A stretch of DNA of 64,000 nucleotides from Bacteroidales bacterium (GTDB taxonomy: Bacteria; Bacteroidota; Bacteroidia; Bacteroidales; Prolixibacteraceae): positions 1 through 64,000 of the forward strand of contig JAAYAG010000060.1 of the NCBI GenBank assembly GCA_012719495.1. The letters are read 5' to 3'. Positions within the stretch are counted from its first letter, which is position 1, and each line of letters starts with the position of its first letter. Under the pieces are notes generated by a model. That model saw nothing but the letters and a program-made list of their open reading frames with translations, was not told the origin of the DNA and made no database searches. This document shows positions 1 to 10,339 of this stretch, piece by piece. Both the position numbers and the translations under genes were made by a program.

Positions 1-70
1 AAAAAGGTGAATATGTTGGGTACACTTCATACCGCCAATTTGTGAAAGAAGAACAATTGGCTTACAACTA
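1..70 (+). CDS. Possible 3' end of an upstream + strand gene (C-terminus ...KGEYVGYTSYRQFVKEEQLAYN*); product unknown
   Basis: Frame 2 is open from the window edge to TAG at 68-70. A + strand stem-loop followed by a T-run sits just downstream at 99-132. Confidence 0.2.
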
Positions 71-98
71 GAAAAAACGACTATCATAATATTTGGTT

Positions 99-132
99 AA
101 TCGCGCTATCGTAATGAGGCGCGATTTTTTTA
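99..132 (+). terminator. Rho-independent terminator-like hairpin (aatcgcgc ... gcgcgatt followed by tttttt)
   Basis: 8-bp perfect stem (99-106 / 119-126) followed by six T (127-132). Confidence 0.45.
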
Positions 133-246
133 GCTGGTTCGATTGTTAAATAAATAGGAACTTTTATTGTTAAAAGGATTATTGAGTCAATTCGCGGCCA
201 TTAAGCAGTTAATGCAAAAAATAAATGGTCAATTATAAATATTAAG

Positions 247-543
247 TTACTTTTCGGCTTTCCATTTCTTTTGTTCTTCTCCAACAAAAAATTTGATCAT
301 AACACGGTAAATATCTTCTATTAGTTCAGGCGAAATACCATGTTCCTCAGCAAGCATTCTTCTTGAATCGATTACTCTGGCAACTCTTTTATCGTCTTTT
401 ACAGAAACAATGTCTGCTTTAAACTTTGCTGCATTGTCGACATACTTTGCCCGCTTGGCAATTAGTTTAACAATTTGGTTGTCAACAGTATCGATTTCGT
501 TTCTGATTTCTTCAATACTTTTACAATCTTCTGGATCTTTCAT
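247..543 (-). CDS. Chorismate mutase (AroQ class, small monofunctional)
   Basis: 98 aa; AroQ-like helical pattern (…DNQIVKLIAKRAKYV… …RRMLAEEHGISPELIEDIYRVMI…). Confidence 0.75.
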   Translation of the reverse strand: MKDPEDCKSIEEIRNEIDTVDNQIVKLIAKRAKYVDNAAKFKADIVSVKDDKRVARVIDSRRMLAEEHGISPELIEDIYRVMIKFFVGEEQKKWKAEK

Positions 544-616
544 TTGCAGAGATTTAAATCATAAAATAACAAGAAAAAAAGGCTCCCGAAACGGAAGCCT
601 TGTGCGTGTGATATCT

Positions 617-1567
617 TTAGCGGGTACTGACCCAAACTTGCGAACCAGGGTGCGAAGCACGGTAGTTTTCCATAGCTTCAAGAGCCTCTTCCCGGGTAGT
701 ATAAGCATTGAAAATTACCCGGTGCCGCCCATCTTTCATCAACACAATCTCAGCTTGGTTTCCTTCTTTTTGCAATTCGGAGCAATAAGATTGTGCATTC
801 TCCTGAACAGAAAAGCTTCCTCCAACCAATGTGTAGTTACCCTTTACTTCAACAGCTACATTCTTTTCTGGCTGAGAAACTTCTGCTGCAATAGGTTTTT
901 CTACTTCTTCAGTTTCAATTTTTGTTGCCGGAGTTGCCGGAGTGGTGAGCACTTCAAGCGGGTTAACGCTCGACTTGCCTATACTTCCCAATTCTTTCTT
1001 GATTTTCTGTGGAAATAAAGAAAGCGAAACCAATAATGCAATTCCTGCAGCAATCCTAAGGGCATTCTTACGTTTGTTTACTGCAGAAACTGCCGGACGT
1101 TCACTGTACGAAGAAACATACACCGGCCTCATCATTTTCGGGAAACTAATCGGGGTTAAGCCATAAGCTGCTGCAAACGGACTAGTAGAAGATGAACTAA
1201 AAATAAAAGAACCATTCGCATCGAATTGAAGCGTGCCGATTTCAGATAGTTCAATTTTTTCGCCGTCATTGAGCGTATCGAAAGCATTTGAAACCCATTT
1301 TGCTACCGCCTGAAAAGCTTGGGTGTAACTTATCGATTCCGCCTCGGCAACGTGGTTAATAAGAACTCCATCGTTTTTGACAATCTTTGAGTTAAAAACA
1401 ATTTCTTTTGCAGGAGGCAGATATGCATTGCTGGCCGGATCGAATTGTGAGGGTACATAATTCGAAATAAAACTCCCGAAATCGGGAATAATAACGCATT
1501 CATTAAATTTTAGCAAAGATGATATGTGCTTCGATATTTCCATTTTCGCGTTCATTCGTTGAATCAA
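617..1567 (-). CDS. HU-like DNA-binding domain protein with C-terminal SPOR (septal peptidoglycan-binding) domain
   Basis: N-terminal HU/CCDC81-like region (MNAKMEISKHISSLLKFNECVIIPDFGSF). Central TM/linker with a Pro/Thr/Glu-rich segment. C-terminal SPOR-like domain (YTLVGGSFSVQENAQSYCSELQKEGNQAEIV…YRVIFNAYTTREEAL). Confidence 0.65.
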   Translation of the reverse strand: MIQRMNAKMEISKHISSLLKFNECVIIPDFGSFISNYVPSQFDPASNAYLPPAKEIVFNSKIVKNDGVLINHVAEAESISYTQAFQAVAKWVSNAFDTLNDGEKIELSEIGTLQFDANGSFIFSSSSTSPFAAAYGLTPISFPKMMRPVYVSSYSERPAVSAVNKRKNALRIAAGIALLVSLSLFPQKIKKELGSIGKSSVNPLEVLTTPATPATKIETEEVEKPIAAEVSQPEKNVAVEVKGNYTLVGGSFSVQENAQSYCSELQKEGNQAEIVLMKDGRHRVIFNAYTTREEALEAMENYRASHPGSQVWVSTR

Positions 1568-1837
1568 AAGTAGCTATTTTTAAAAGGAGCACAAAGGAAA
1601 AAATATCAACATTGTTGAAAAAGTGTTGAAAACATTTTTGAGTATTGCTGAATAGTTCAGAACACCAGCCAATTATATTTATTCTCATTTTATATAAATC
1701 TTTAACGGGGTATACCCGATAAACGAGTTTATGTTTGGTCAGTCATATCTACCTTTTCTAAACAAAATAATAAAACAAGCCCAACTTTTTCACCTGTAAG
1801 TCTATTTTGTTAATTTCGCATTTTTAAAAACTGAAAA

Positions 1838-3226
1838 ATGACGCTTATAAAATCTATCTCAGGTATCCGTGGAACAATTGGAGGGAAACCCGGTGAAGGT
1901 CTTTCTCCTATCGACATTGTAAAATTTACTTCGGCTTATGCTTCCTTTATCCAACAAAAAGCAGGGAAAGACAAAGTAAAAATTGTTGTTGGCCGTGATG
2001 CCCGCATGTCGGGATCAATAGTTAATTCTCTAGTAAAAAACACATTAGCTGCAAAGGGTTGCAATGTTGTAGATATTGGCCTGGCCACAACACCTACAAC
2101 CGAAATTGCTGTTCCGCTCGAAAATGCCAATGGCGGGATTATTCTAACAGCAAGCCATAACCCAAAGCAATGGAACGCATTGAAACTCCTCAACGAAGAC
2201 GGAGAATTTCTGAACGATGCGGAAGGAAAAACAATCCTAGCCCTTGCAGAAAGTGGTGATTTTACATATGCCCCGGTAGATTTGCTTGGAAAAATTGAAT
2301 ACAAAGATTACACGTCTACACATATTAACAGCGTGCTGTCGCTCGACCTGGTGAATACCGACTTGATCAAAGCAGCAAATTTCAGCGTGGCTGTTGATGC
2401 GGTAAATTCTGTTGGTGGAATCATTGTTCCAAAGCTGCTCAATATGCTTGGCGTTAACAGAATTGTGGAAATAAATTGCGAACCTACAGGAAACTTTGCC
2501 CACACGCCCGAGCCAATAACCGAAAACCTTATTGATGTGGCCCGTCGGGTGAAGGAAGAGAAAGTCGATGTTTGCTTTGTTGTTGACCCTGACGTTGACC
2601 GCCTGGTAATCCTCAACGAAGATGGTACCATGTTTAACGAAGAATACACATTAGTGGCCGTTTCGGATTTTGTGCTGTCGAAAACTCCCGGCAACACCGT
2701 TTCAAACCTTTCGTCGACAAGGGCTTTACGCGATGTTACCGAAAAATACGGACAAACCTACACAGCCGCTGCTGTTGGCGAGGTAAATGTGGTAACCCGA
2801 ATGAAGGAGGTGAATGCCGTGATTGGCGGCGAAGGAAATGGTGGCGTTATTTATCCGGCTTCGCATTACGGACGCGACGCGTTGGTTGGCATTGCGTTGT
2901 TCCTGACTTTGCTTGCCGAGCGAAAAATGAAATGTTCTGCCTTGCGCGCCACCTACCCTGAGTATTTTATCTCGAAAAACAAAATTGAACTCACACCCGA
3001 TATTGATGTGGAGGCTATTCTGGTAAAGATGAAAGCCAAATATGCCCACGAAAAGGTGGACGACATTGATGGCGTAAAAATCGATTTTGCCCGAAGCTGG
3101 GTTCACTTGCGCAAGTCGAATACCGAACCGATTATCCGCATTTATTCCGAAGCCGGAACCATGCAGGAAGCCGACGCTCTGGCACAGCAAATTATTACCG
3201 ATATAAAAACGATTGTTGGATCGTAA
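1838..3226 (+). CDS. glmM: Phosphoglucosamine mutase / phosphohexomutase family
   Basis: 462 aa. N-terminal GIRGTIGG, active-site TASHNPKQWNALKL, and FVVDPDVDRLV metal-binding loop typical of alpha-D-phosphohexomutases. Length matches Bacteroidota GlmM. Confidence 0.8.
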   Translation: MTLIKSISGIRGTIGGKPGEGLSPIDIVKFTSAYASFIQQKAGKDKVKIVVGRDARMSGSIVNSLVKNTLAAKGCNVVDIGLATTPTTEIAVPLENANGGIILTASHNPKQWNALKLLNEDGEFLNDAEGKTILALAESGDFTYAPVDLLGKIEYKDYTSTHINSVLSLDLVNTDLIKAANFSVAVDAVNSVGGIIVPKLLNMLGVNRIVEINCEPTGNFAHTPEPITENLIDVARRVKEEKVDVCFVVDPDVDRLVILNEDGTMFNEEYTLVAVSDFVLSKTPGNTVSNLSSTRALRDVTEKYGQTYTAAAVGEVNVVTRMKEVNAVIGGEGNGGVIYPASHYGRDALVGIALFLTLLAERKMKCSALRATYPEYFISKNKIELTPDIDVEAILVKMKAKYAHEKVDDIDGVKIDFARSWVHLRKSNTEPIIRIYSEAGTMQEADALAQQIITDIKTIVGS

Positions 3227-3297
3227 TTGGGTTTATTGAAACTAACCGCTGAGATATTAAAAAGAAAAGTTAATTTTTCGGATTATGTCTTTGTGGT

Positions 3298-4533
3298 TCA
3301 ATTCTTTTCAACCTTCAATCCTATCTTTTGCAAATCGTCCCAATAGCCGGGGTACGATTTGGTAATAACCATGGGGTCGTTAATTTGAATAGCTCCGTTG
3401 GTTAGGGCTACCGGGGCAAAAGCCAGTGCCATGCGGTGGTCGTGATAGGTGTCGATAGAAACAAGGGTATTGAATTGGGTTTCGTTCAGTTTACCATCCC
3501 AGGCAAGTTGCCCGTGTTGAGGTTCGTAAAGATTAGCACCCAGTTTTCCCAACTCTGTAATTAGCGCATGAATCCTGTCGGTTTCTTTTATTTTGAGCGT
3601 TTCCAGCCCTGTAAAATGAAAAGCAACCCGTCGGCAAACACACATAACGGCAAAGGTCTGGGCTATGTCTGGGTTTTCAACAAAATTCTGGATATACCTG
3701 GCAGGTAGCTCTTTCCCTGTTTTCAGTATGCGCACTCCATGTTCCTCTTGCACCGATTCGATGCCAAAGTCCTCGAACCATTTTGCCTGAGTGCAATCAC
3801 CCTGCAAACTGTCAAGTTCCAGGCCTTCAAGCAAGAGGTTCGCCTCATCGGCCAAAACAGCAATTTGGTACCAATAAGAAGCACCGCTCCAATCGGCTTC
3901 AGCAGTGAAAGGAATCGCGCGATATGGCTGCTCAGGAATAATAATTACATTTTCATTCCATTGGTATTCAATGCCAAAACGGGCCATAAGCCTTAATGTC
4001 AAATCTATATATGATGCCGAAGTAATTTTATTGACTAAGGAGAGCTCAAGGCCTCCTTCAATGGTTGGGGCAATCATTAACAATGCAGAAATATACTGAC
4101 TGCTTATGCTTCCGTCGAGTTCAAGCTTTCCACCTTTCAGGTTCGAACCAAAAATACGCAACGGTGGATAGCCTTCATTATTAACATATTCAACCCTGGC
4201 TCCCAGTTGGTTAAGGGCATCGACAAGGATTTTAATTGGACGCTGCTGCATGCGTTCGCTGCCGGTGATTTCCCATTCACCAACAATTTTTGCCAGAAAA
4301 GCGGTAAGGAAGCGCATTGCAGTACCCGCATGGCCAATATCGAACCGATTGATGTTTGAGTTCAATACATCCACCATGACCCGTGTATCGTCGCTATCGG
4401 AAAGGTTTTCAATATCAAACGGACTATAAGCCAGCGCATTGATTATTAAGGCCCGATTGCTGATGCTTTTCGAAGCCGGAAGAATTATTCTCCCTTCTAA
4501 TTTTTTCTGTGCTGATGTTATGGTATAATGCAT
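3298..4533 (-). CDS. aroA: 3-phosphoshikimate 1-carboxyvinyltransferase (EPSP synthase)
   Basis: 411 aa. ILPASKSISNRALIINALA and GHAGTAMRFLTAFLA motifs. Confidence 0.9.
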   Translation of the reverse strand: MHYTITSAQKKLEGRIILPASKSISNRALIINALAYSPFDIENLSDSDDTRVMVDVLNSNINRFDIGHAGTAMRFLTAFLAKIVGEWEITGSERMQQRPIKILVDALNQLGARVEYVNNEGYPPLRIFGSNLKGGKLELDGSISSQYISALLMIAPTIEGGLELSLVNKITSASYIDLTLRLMARFGIEYQWNENVIIIPEQPYRAIPFTAEADWSGASYWYQIAVLADEANLLLEGLELDSLQGDCTQAKWFEDFGIESVQEEHGVRILKTGKELPARYIQNFVENPDIAQTFAVMCVCRRVAFHFTGLETLKIKETDRIHALITELGKLGANLYEPQHGQLAWDGKLNETQFNTLVSIDTYHDHRMALAFAPVALTNGAIQINDPMVITKSYPGYWDDLQKIGLKVEKN

Positions 4534-4614
4534 CGCGTATTGTTTTCTGCAATCTTTATTATGTTGTCAGGCATGTGCCGCAAAATCCAGGCAAAGTTAC
4601 ATGCTTTTAGCTGA

Positions 4615-5253
4615 TTATTTCTTTCTTATTACCGTCATTCCGTCGCGGATGGGCAATATCACGTTTTCTACCCGGTCGTCGTTTTTAATTAACTCGTTAA
4701 AAGCCAATATCCCGGCCGTTTGCGGATCGTCTTGCTCACGAGAGTCAACAACTTTTCCATCCCAAAGTACATTGTCGACAATAATATATCCGCCTTTTGT
4801 AACCTTATTGAATACAAGGTTATAATAATCAACATATTCCCGTTTGTCGGCATCAATAAAAACAAGTTCGAACATATCGTTCAATGAAGGGACAATGGAT
4901 TTTATGTCCCCAAAATGACAGACTATTTTATCTGACAACCCGGCTTTTTCAATGTATTTTGAAATGATTTCTTCGTTTTCATCGCGCAGTTCAATCGTAT
5001 GCAACAGGGCATCGTTGCCAAGTGCAAGAGCCATATTTATTGCAGAATATCCGGTAAATGTTCCCAACTCAAGTACCCTGCGGGGCGAAATCATCGTACA
5101 AAGCATATACAGGATTTTGCCCTGGATGTGCCCCGAAAGCATACGCGGATGCACAAAAGAGAGGTTGGTTTCCCTGTCGAGTTCGTATAAGTAATCTTCC
5201 TCGGGGATGATGTGAGACTTTATATATCCGTCTATTTCTTGTTCAAATTCCAT
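4615..5253 (-). CDS. Class I SAM-dependent O-methyltransferase (caffeoyl-CoA OMT-like, family 3)
   Basis: 212 aa. VLELGTFTGYSAINMA SAM-binding motif and VFIDADKREYVDYY. Starts 2 nt after the stop of the upstream M16 peptidase gene. Confidence 0.75.
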   Translation of the reverse strand: MEFEQEIDGYIKSHIIPEEDYLYELDRETNLSFVHPRMLSGHIQGKILYMLCTMISPRRVLELGTFTGYSAINMALALGNDALLHTIELRDENEEIISKYIEKAGLSDKIVCHFGDIKSIVPSLNDMFELVFIDADKREYVDYYNLVFNKVTKGGYIIVDNVLWDGKVVDSREQDDPQTAGILAFNELIKNDDRVENVILPIRDGMTVIRKK

Positions 5254-5255
5254 AA

Positions 5256-6503
5256 TTAAAGAAAAATGAGCTTCGACAATCTGCTTTTGTCAAGCATCTG
5301 GTTAGCTACCAGAAATATATCATCTTCAGTTATTTTTTCAATTTTCCCGAGAACGGCATCAAGCGAATCTACTTTGTCGAAATAAAGCAAACTACGGCCA
5401 ATGGTAAGCATCAGTTCTTCGCGGTTTTCATTAGCAATGGCCAGTTGCCCGATGAGTTGCTTTTTAGCCCTCGAAAGCTGCTGTGTACCCAGCTTTTTAT
5501 CCCGCAAAAGGGCAAATTCCTTTTCAACAAGGTGCAGCGCTTTGTAAAGATGGCTTTGCTCGGTGCCAAAATACACCATGAAAATACCTGTATCGGAATA
5601 AGGGGTGTAACTGGCTTCTACATTATAGGCTATGCCGTTGCGTTCACGCAAGGTCATGTTTAGCCGCGAGTTCATCGAGTTCCCTCCTAAAATGTTGTTT
5701 AACAAAATCATTGGGATGCGCAAATCGTTTTTCAAGTCATACGATTCGCAACCAATAATGCAATGCGATTGAAATGTTTCTTTTTTCACTTCGCGGTTCG
5801 AAGGGGTGTATCCTGTAAATTGCTGCCTGTTTGCCTGTTGTTTGTTTGCAGGCATCAATTCGAAATGGGTGGATATAAGCCGCTTAAAGTTGACGATATC
5901 GATATTACCCACCGAGCAAAGTACAATTTCGTTGGTGCGGTAATTTTTTTTCATGAAGGAGATGATCTTCTCCTTGGTGAACGATTTAACGGTTTTCGGT
6001 GTTCCAAGAATGTTACGGGCAATGGGATGACCATCGAAAATAAGCTCTTCAAATTCGTCGAAGATAAGTTCCGAAGGAGAATCGTTATATGAGTTTATTT
6101 CCTCGATAATAACGTCTTTCTCAAGTTCAAGTTCTTTTTGCGGGAAAGAGGCATTGATAAGAATATCGCTCATCAACTCAATTGTACGATGATAATATTC
6201 GCTCAGGAAAGTAGCATAAATTGCCGTTTCTTCTTTGGTTGTGTAGGCATTGATTTCGCCGCCAACATCTTCGAGGCGATTAATAATCTGAAAGGCTTTC
6301 CGCTTTTTTGTGCCTTTAAAAATGGTATGCTCAATAAAGTGGGCCATTCCTTGTTCCTTTGGGGTTTCATCGCGCGAACCGGTATTGATTACAATTCCGA
6401 AATGCGCCACTGGTGAATCGACCCGCTGGTGGATGACCCTAATCCCGTTGTTTAATGTAAACAGTTGATACTCCATTGATTTTTTATGATACAAAGTGTG
6501 CAA
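5256..6503 (-). CDS. M16 family (pitrilysin/insulinase-like) zinc peptidase
   Basis: 415 aa. Inverted zinc motif HFIEH followed by TIFKGT. Typical M16 N-terminal fold. Confidence 0.8.
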   Translation of the reverse strand: MHTLYHKKSMEYQLFTLNNGIRVIHQRVDSPVAHFGIVINTGSRDETPKEQGMAHFIEHTIFKGTKKRKAFQIINRLEDVGGEINAYTTKEETAIYATFLSEYYHRTIELMSDILINASFPQKELELEKDVIIEEINSYNDSPSELIFDEFEELIFDGHPIARNILGTPKTVKSFTKEKIISFMKKNYRTNEIVLCSVGNIDIVNFKRLISTHFELMPANKQQANRQQFTGYTPSNREVKKETFQSHCIIGCESYDLKNDLRIPMILLNNILGGNSMNSRLNMTLRERNGIAYNVEASYTPYSDTGIFMVYFGTEQSHLYKALHLVEKEFALLRDKKLGTQQLSRAKKQLIGQLAIANENREELMLTIGRSLLYFDKVDSLDAVLGKIEKITEDDIFLVANQMLDKSRLSKLIFL

Positions 6504-6764
6504 AAGTAGGAAAAAAACAACAGGAACAATGAGGTTTTCATTTCAATTACACGCGAATTAACCCACAAACAAAAACTGGGATATTGTGAGATAGGTTTAC
6601 CCTTTTTATCTCCTATTCTAATCCCATTCGTCTTGCAGCTGATACATATCACTCCACAAATCCTACAATTCATCCACTATGTTTTTCTTTCCTATTTTTT
6701 TCGCCTCACCTTTAGACCATCAAACTTTTTTATTGTCATTACTAAACAGAATATTGATAAAACC

Positions 6765-9131
6765 ATGAAAACACAATTTTTACTCTTTGTTTTTGTATTC
6801 ATTTCTCTCCTCTCCTCTGCACAATTGAAACAAAATTTCCGTGGTACAATTACCGACCAGACATCGAAATTCCCATTGCCCGGAGCCAATATTTCGCTTA
6901 CCAATGGCGATGAATCGTTTGGAACAACCTCTAACGCATCGGGTGTGTTCGAAGTAAAAAACCTCCCTCTTGGGCGTTATCAGCTAACGGTCAGTTTTAT
7001 GGGCTATGAAACTTTCTTACAAAAGAATATCGATTTAGAGTCGGGAAAAGAGAAAGTTATAAACATTGAACTGATAGAAAAGGTAGAAAATCTCGATGAA
7101 ATTATTGTATCGGCATCGGGTAAAGGTGAAGTCCACAACGAAATGGCTGCCCTAAGTGCCCGGTCGTTTTCGGTTGCCGAAACTGAAAAATATGCCGGAA
7201 GCTGGGGCGATCCTTCACGGATGGCGTCCAATTTTGCGGGGGTAATTACAGCGAACGATAGTCGTAACGACATAATAATCAGAGGAAATTCATCGCTTGG
7301 TTTGCTGTGGAAACTCGATGGGGTAAGCATTCCAAACCCAAACCATTTTGGTGCGTTGGGAACCACTGGCGGTCCTGTAAGCATGCTAAACAATAACGTC
7401 CTGACAAACTCTGATTTTTTCACCGGAGCCTTTCCGGCAGAATACGGGAATGCCTTATCAGGAGTTTTCGATTTGAAAATGCGTAACGGGAATAACCAAA
7501 AACACGAATTTGTAGGACAAATTGGTTTTAGTGGTTTCGAGTTAGGTGCTGAAGGCCCTCTGTCGTCGAACAAAAATGCCTCATACATAATTAACTACCG
7601 CTATTCTGTACTAGATGTAATGAGTAAGCTTGGCTTCGATATCGGTAGCGGGGTGCCGGAATACCAGGATCTTACTATGAAGCTTTATCTGCCTACAAAG
7701 AAGATGGGTACTTTTTCCTTTTATGCCATTGGCGGTAAAAGCAGGATCATTTTTGAAGATTCGGGCGAAGAGGGAGGCACAAGTTACGATACGGGTAACG
7801 ACACCCGCACGGTGAACCGCTCTGAAATGGGTGTAGTTGCCCTGTCGCACCGCTTCTTTCCCGACTCAAAATCAAACATTTTCACCTCTGTTTCATTGTC
7901 GGGACAAGGAGTCGACACCGAAATTGACTCCACCGGAAACGACCTTCCCGACATCCGGTATTATGGCGAAGGAAACGACGAAGTCAGAACCACCTTTTCA
8001 ACGCGTTATACCCGGAAGTTTGATTCGCGCAATTCATTAAAAGCCGGGGCTTCGTTCGAATCGTACACTATTGACTATGCCGACAGTGTCGACGGCCGGG
8101 AATACGATCAACCCTTTGGTGTGTATGTGAAAGGCATAAACACACATGAAAGCGGGCTAAACCTACTTCAGTCGTTTGCCGAATTTCAACATAAATTAAA
8201 CCAGAGGCTCACTTTTTACGGTGGAACTCACTTCCAGCACTTTTTTTACAACTCGACCAATGCCATTGACCCGCGCTTAAGCATTACCTACCAGCTTTTG
8301 CCTTCATCAAAGGTGGCGCTGGCTTATGGAATGCATTCGCAAATTCAGCCTCTCTACATCTATTTTGTTGAAAATTACGACAAAAATACAGGCACATATA
8401 CACAGACCAACAATGATTTAAAATTTAGCAAGGCACAACACATTGTAGCCAGCTACGACCAGATGGTGTGCCGGAATATGAAACTAAAAATCGAGACATA
8501 TTACCAGCATCTGACTTCCATTCCTGTAGATAAAGACCCCAGCCCGTTTTCAATGGTAAACGAGGGAAACAAGTTCCATCAGCAGCGGGCTGCCAATTTG
8601 TTGAACAATGGATTAGGCAGAAATTACGGGGCTGAAATCACCCTTGAAAAATACCTTTCAGATAATTACTACTTTTTGGCTACGACGTCAATATTCGATT
8701 CGAAATATAAAGGCAGCGACAATATCTGGCACAACACAGAATTCAATTCCAACTATGTGGTTAATGCGCTTGGCGGATATCAGATCCCAATTAACCATAC
8801 GATGTCGATTGATTTGAATTTGCGTGTTGTCTGGGCCGGCGGAAAGCGTAACCCATATATCGACCTTGAAAAATCAATCCTAAAGGGAGAAGCAGTTTAC
8901 GACAATTCAAAAACCTATTCACAGCGTGAAAAGAACTATTTTAAGCTTGATGGACGTATTTCGTTTAAAAAGAACGGGAAGAAATCGACCCAGGAGTGGG
9001 CACTCGATGTAACAAACATGACCAATCACCACAACGTGTATTCCCGTTATTATGATGATCCATCGAAGTCGATTAAATATGTTTATCAGCAATTACTTTA
9101 CCCGATGATGCTTTATCGGATAAACTTCTAA
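6765..9131 (+). CDS. TonB-dependent receptor-like outer-membrane protein with N-terminal carboxypeptidase-regulatory-like domain
   Basis: Signal peptide MKTQFLLFVFVFISLLSSAQ at the internal ATG at 6765; the ORF-track start at 6633 is an upstream extension. CarbopepD_reg-like beta-sandwich, plug-like region, long beta-rich C-terminus ending in Phe (…YRINF). Confidence 0.6.
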   Translation: MKTQFLLFVFVFISLLSSAQLKQNFRGTITDQTSKFPLPGANISLTNGDESFGTTSNASGVFEVKNLPLGRYQLTVSFMGYETFLQKNIDLESGKEKVINIELIEKVENLDEIIVSASGKGEVHNEMAALSARSFSVAETEKYAGSWGDPSRMASNFAGVITANDSRNDIIIRGNSSLGLLWKLDGVSIPNPNHFGALGTTGGPVSMLNNNVLTNSDFFTGAFPAEYGNALSGVFDLKMRNGNNQKHEFVGQIGFSGFELGAEGPLSSNKNASYIINYRYSVLDVMSKLGFDIGSGVPEYQDLTMKLYLPTKKMGTFSFYAIGGKSRIIFEDSGEEGGTSYDTGNDTRTVNRSEMGVVALSHRFFPDSKSNIFTSVSLSGQGVDTEIDSTGNDLPDIRYYGEGNDEVRTTFSTRYTRKFDSRNSLKAGASFESYTIDYADSVDGREYDQPFGVYVKGINTHESGLNLLQSFAEFQHKLNQRLTFYGGTHFQHFFYNSTNAIDPRLSITYQLLPSSKVALAYGMHSQIQPLYIYFVENYDKNTGTYTQTNNDLKFSKAQHIVASYDQMVCRNMKLKIETYYQHLTSIPVDKDPSPFSMVNEGNKFHQQRAANLLNNGLGRNYGAEITLEKYLSDNYYFLATTSIFDSKYKGSDNIWHNTEFNSNYVVNALGGYQIPINHTMSIDLNLRVVWAGGKRNPYIDLEKSILKGEAVYDNSKTYSQREKNYFKLDGRISFKKNGKKSTQEWALDVTNMTNHHNVYSRYYDDPSKSIKYVYQQLLYPMMLYRINF

Positions 9132-9187
9132 AGATAACTTTTGGAGATAAAAAATTAAATAATATATTTGCACCTCGATTTGAAAAG

Positions 9188-9260
<73 letters not shown>

Positions 9261-9263
9261 CAA

Positions 9264-9295
9264 AAAGGGGAAGCAGCGATGCTTTCCCTTTTTTG
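9264..9295 (+). terminator. Terminator-like hairpin plus T-run after tRNA-Phe
   Basis: aaagggg aagc agcgat gctt tccc tt tttt: imperfect stem followed by a T-tract. Confidence 0.4.
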
Positions 9296-9500
9296 ATATG
9301 ACGCCCATAATAAAACTGTCGGTTCAACAAAAACGGATCACTTCATAATTGGAGTTGACTCTTTATAATCCACCCGAATATTAAAGTGATCCTCAAAAAA
9401 CTAATCGATTGACGGCCAATGTGAAACCATGCAATTCCATAAGAACCACACGTATACACCCTGCACGTCTCGGCCAGTATAAACAACAATGTTGCAAATA

Positions 9501-9540
9501 CCAAAAAAGAAACAGCCCCTTCGTAAAAGAAGAGGCTGTA
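9501..9540 (-). terminator. Rho-independent terminator of the sdh/frd operon
   Basis: Minus strand reads ACAGCCTCTTC…GAAGGGGCTGT stem followed by TTCTTTTTTGG. Confidence 0.5.
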
Positions 9541-9569
9541 ACTATTGATATAAAAGATAACTTATCTAC

Positions 9570-10331
9570 TTAATCGGCTAGCTTAGCAACCAAATACTCG
9601 CGGTTCAAGCGGGCAATGTGCGAAATGCTGATTGCTTTTGGGCATTCCAACTCGCAAGCGCCGGTATTGGTACAACCACCAAAGCCCAGTTCATCCATTT
9701 TGGCAACCATGGCTTTTGCACGGCGTGCGCCTTCAACTTTACCTTGAGGTAATTTGGCAAACTGCGAAACTTTTGCGGCAACAAATAACATGGCCGAAGA
9801 GTTTTTACAAGTAGCAACACAAGCGCCACAGCCAATACAAGCAGCAGCATCCATCGCTTCGTCGGCATCAACTTTGCTGATTGGAATGGCGTTACCATCG
9901 GGAACACCACCTGTATTTACAGAAACGAAACCACCGGCCTGCTGAATTTTTTCAAAAGCGGTACGGTCTACAATCAAGTCTTTGATAACTGGGAAGGCAC
10001 CTGCACGCCAAGGTTCGATGGTGATGGTTTCACCTTCTTTGAACTTGCGCATGTGCAACTGGCAAGTGGTGATGTCGCGGTCTGGCCCGTGAGCACGGCC
10101 GTTCACATACAAACTGCACATTCCGCAAATGCCTTCGCGGCAATCGTGGTCAAATGCAATCGGATCTTTTCCTTCACGAATCAAGTTGTCGTTCAAAATG
10201 TCGAGCATTTCCAAGAACGAGCTGCCCTGCGAGATGTTTTCCACCTCATACGTTTCGAAGCGTCCGCTATCTTTCGGACTGTTTTGCCTCCAAACTTTAA
10301 CGTATATCTTATTTAAAGTTATATCTGCCAT
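9570..10331 (-). CDS. sdhB: Succinate dehydrogenase / fumarate reductase iron-sulfur subunit
   Basis: 253 aa. 2Fe-2S motif CREGICGMC; 4Fe-4S/3Fe-4S motifs [11 protein letters not shown] and [12 protein letters not shown]. Confidence 0.9.
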   Translation of the reverse strand: MADITLNKIYVKVWRQNSPKDSGRFETYEVENISQGSSFLEMLDILNDNLIREGKDPIAFDHDCREGICGMCSLYVNGRAHGPDRDITTCQLHMRKFKEGETITIEPWRAGAFPVIKDLIVDRTAFEKIQQAGGFVSVNTGGVPDGNAIPISKVDADEAMDAAACIGCGACVATCKNSSAMLFVAAKVSQFAKLPQGKVEGARRAKAMVAKMDELGFGGCTNTGACELECPKAISISHIARLNREYLVAKLAD

Positions 10332-10339
10332 TTTACCAA

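Noticed and set aside
410-1018. 202-aa + strand ORF overlapping both the chorismate mutase and HU-SPOR genes
   Set aside because: It lies antisense to and overlapping two well-supported minus-strand genes. The translation is low-complexity with no motifs. It is a typical shadow ORF.
6633-6764. N-terminal 44-aa extension of the TonB-dependent receptor ORF
   Set aside because: The extension is hydrophobic junk with no signal-peptide logic. A canonical signal peptide begins at the internal ATG 6765.
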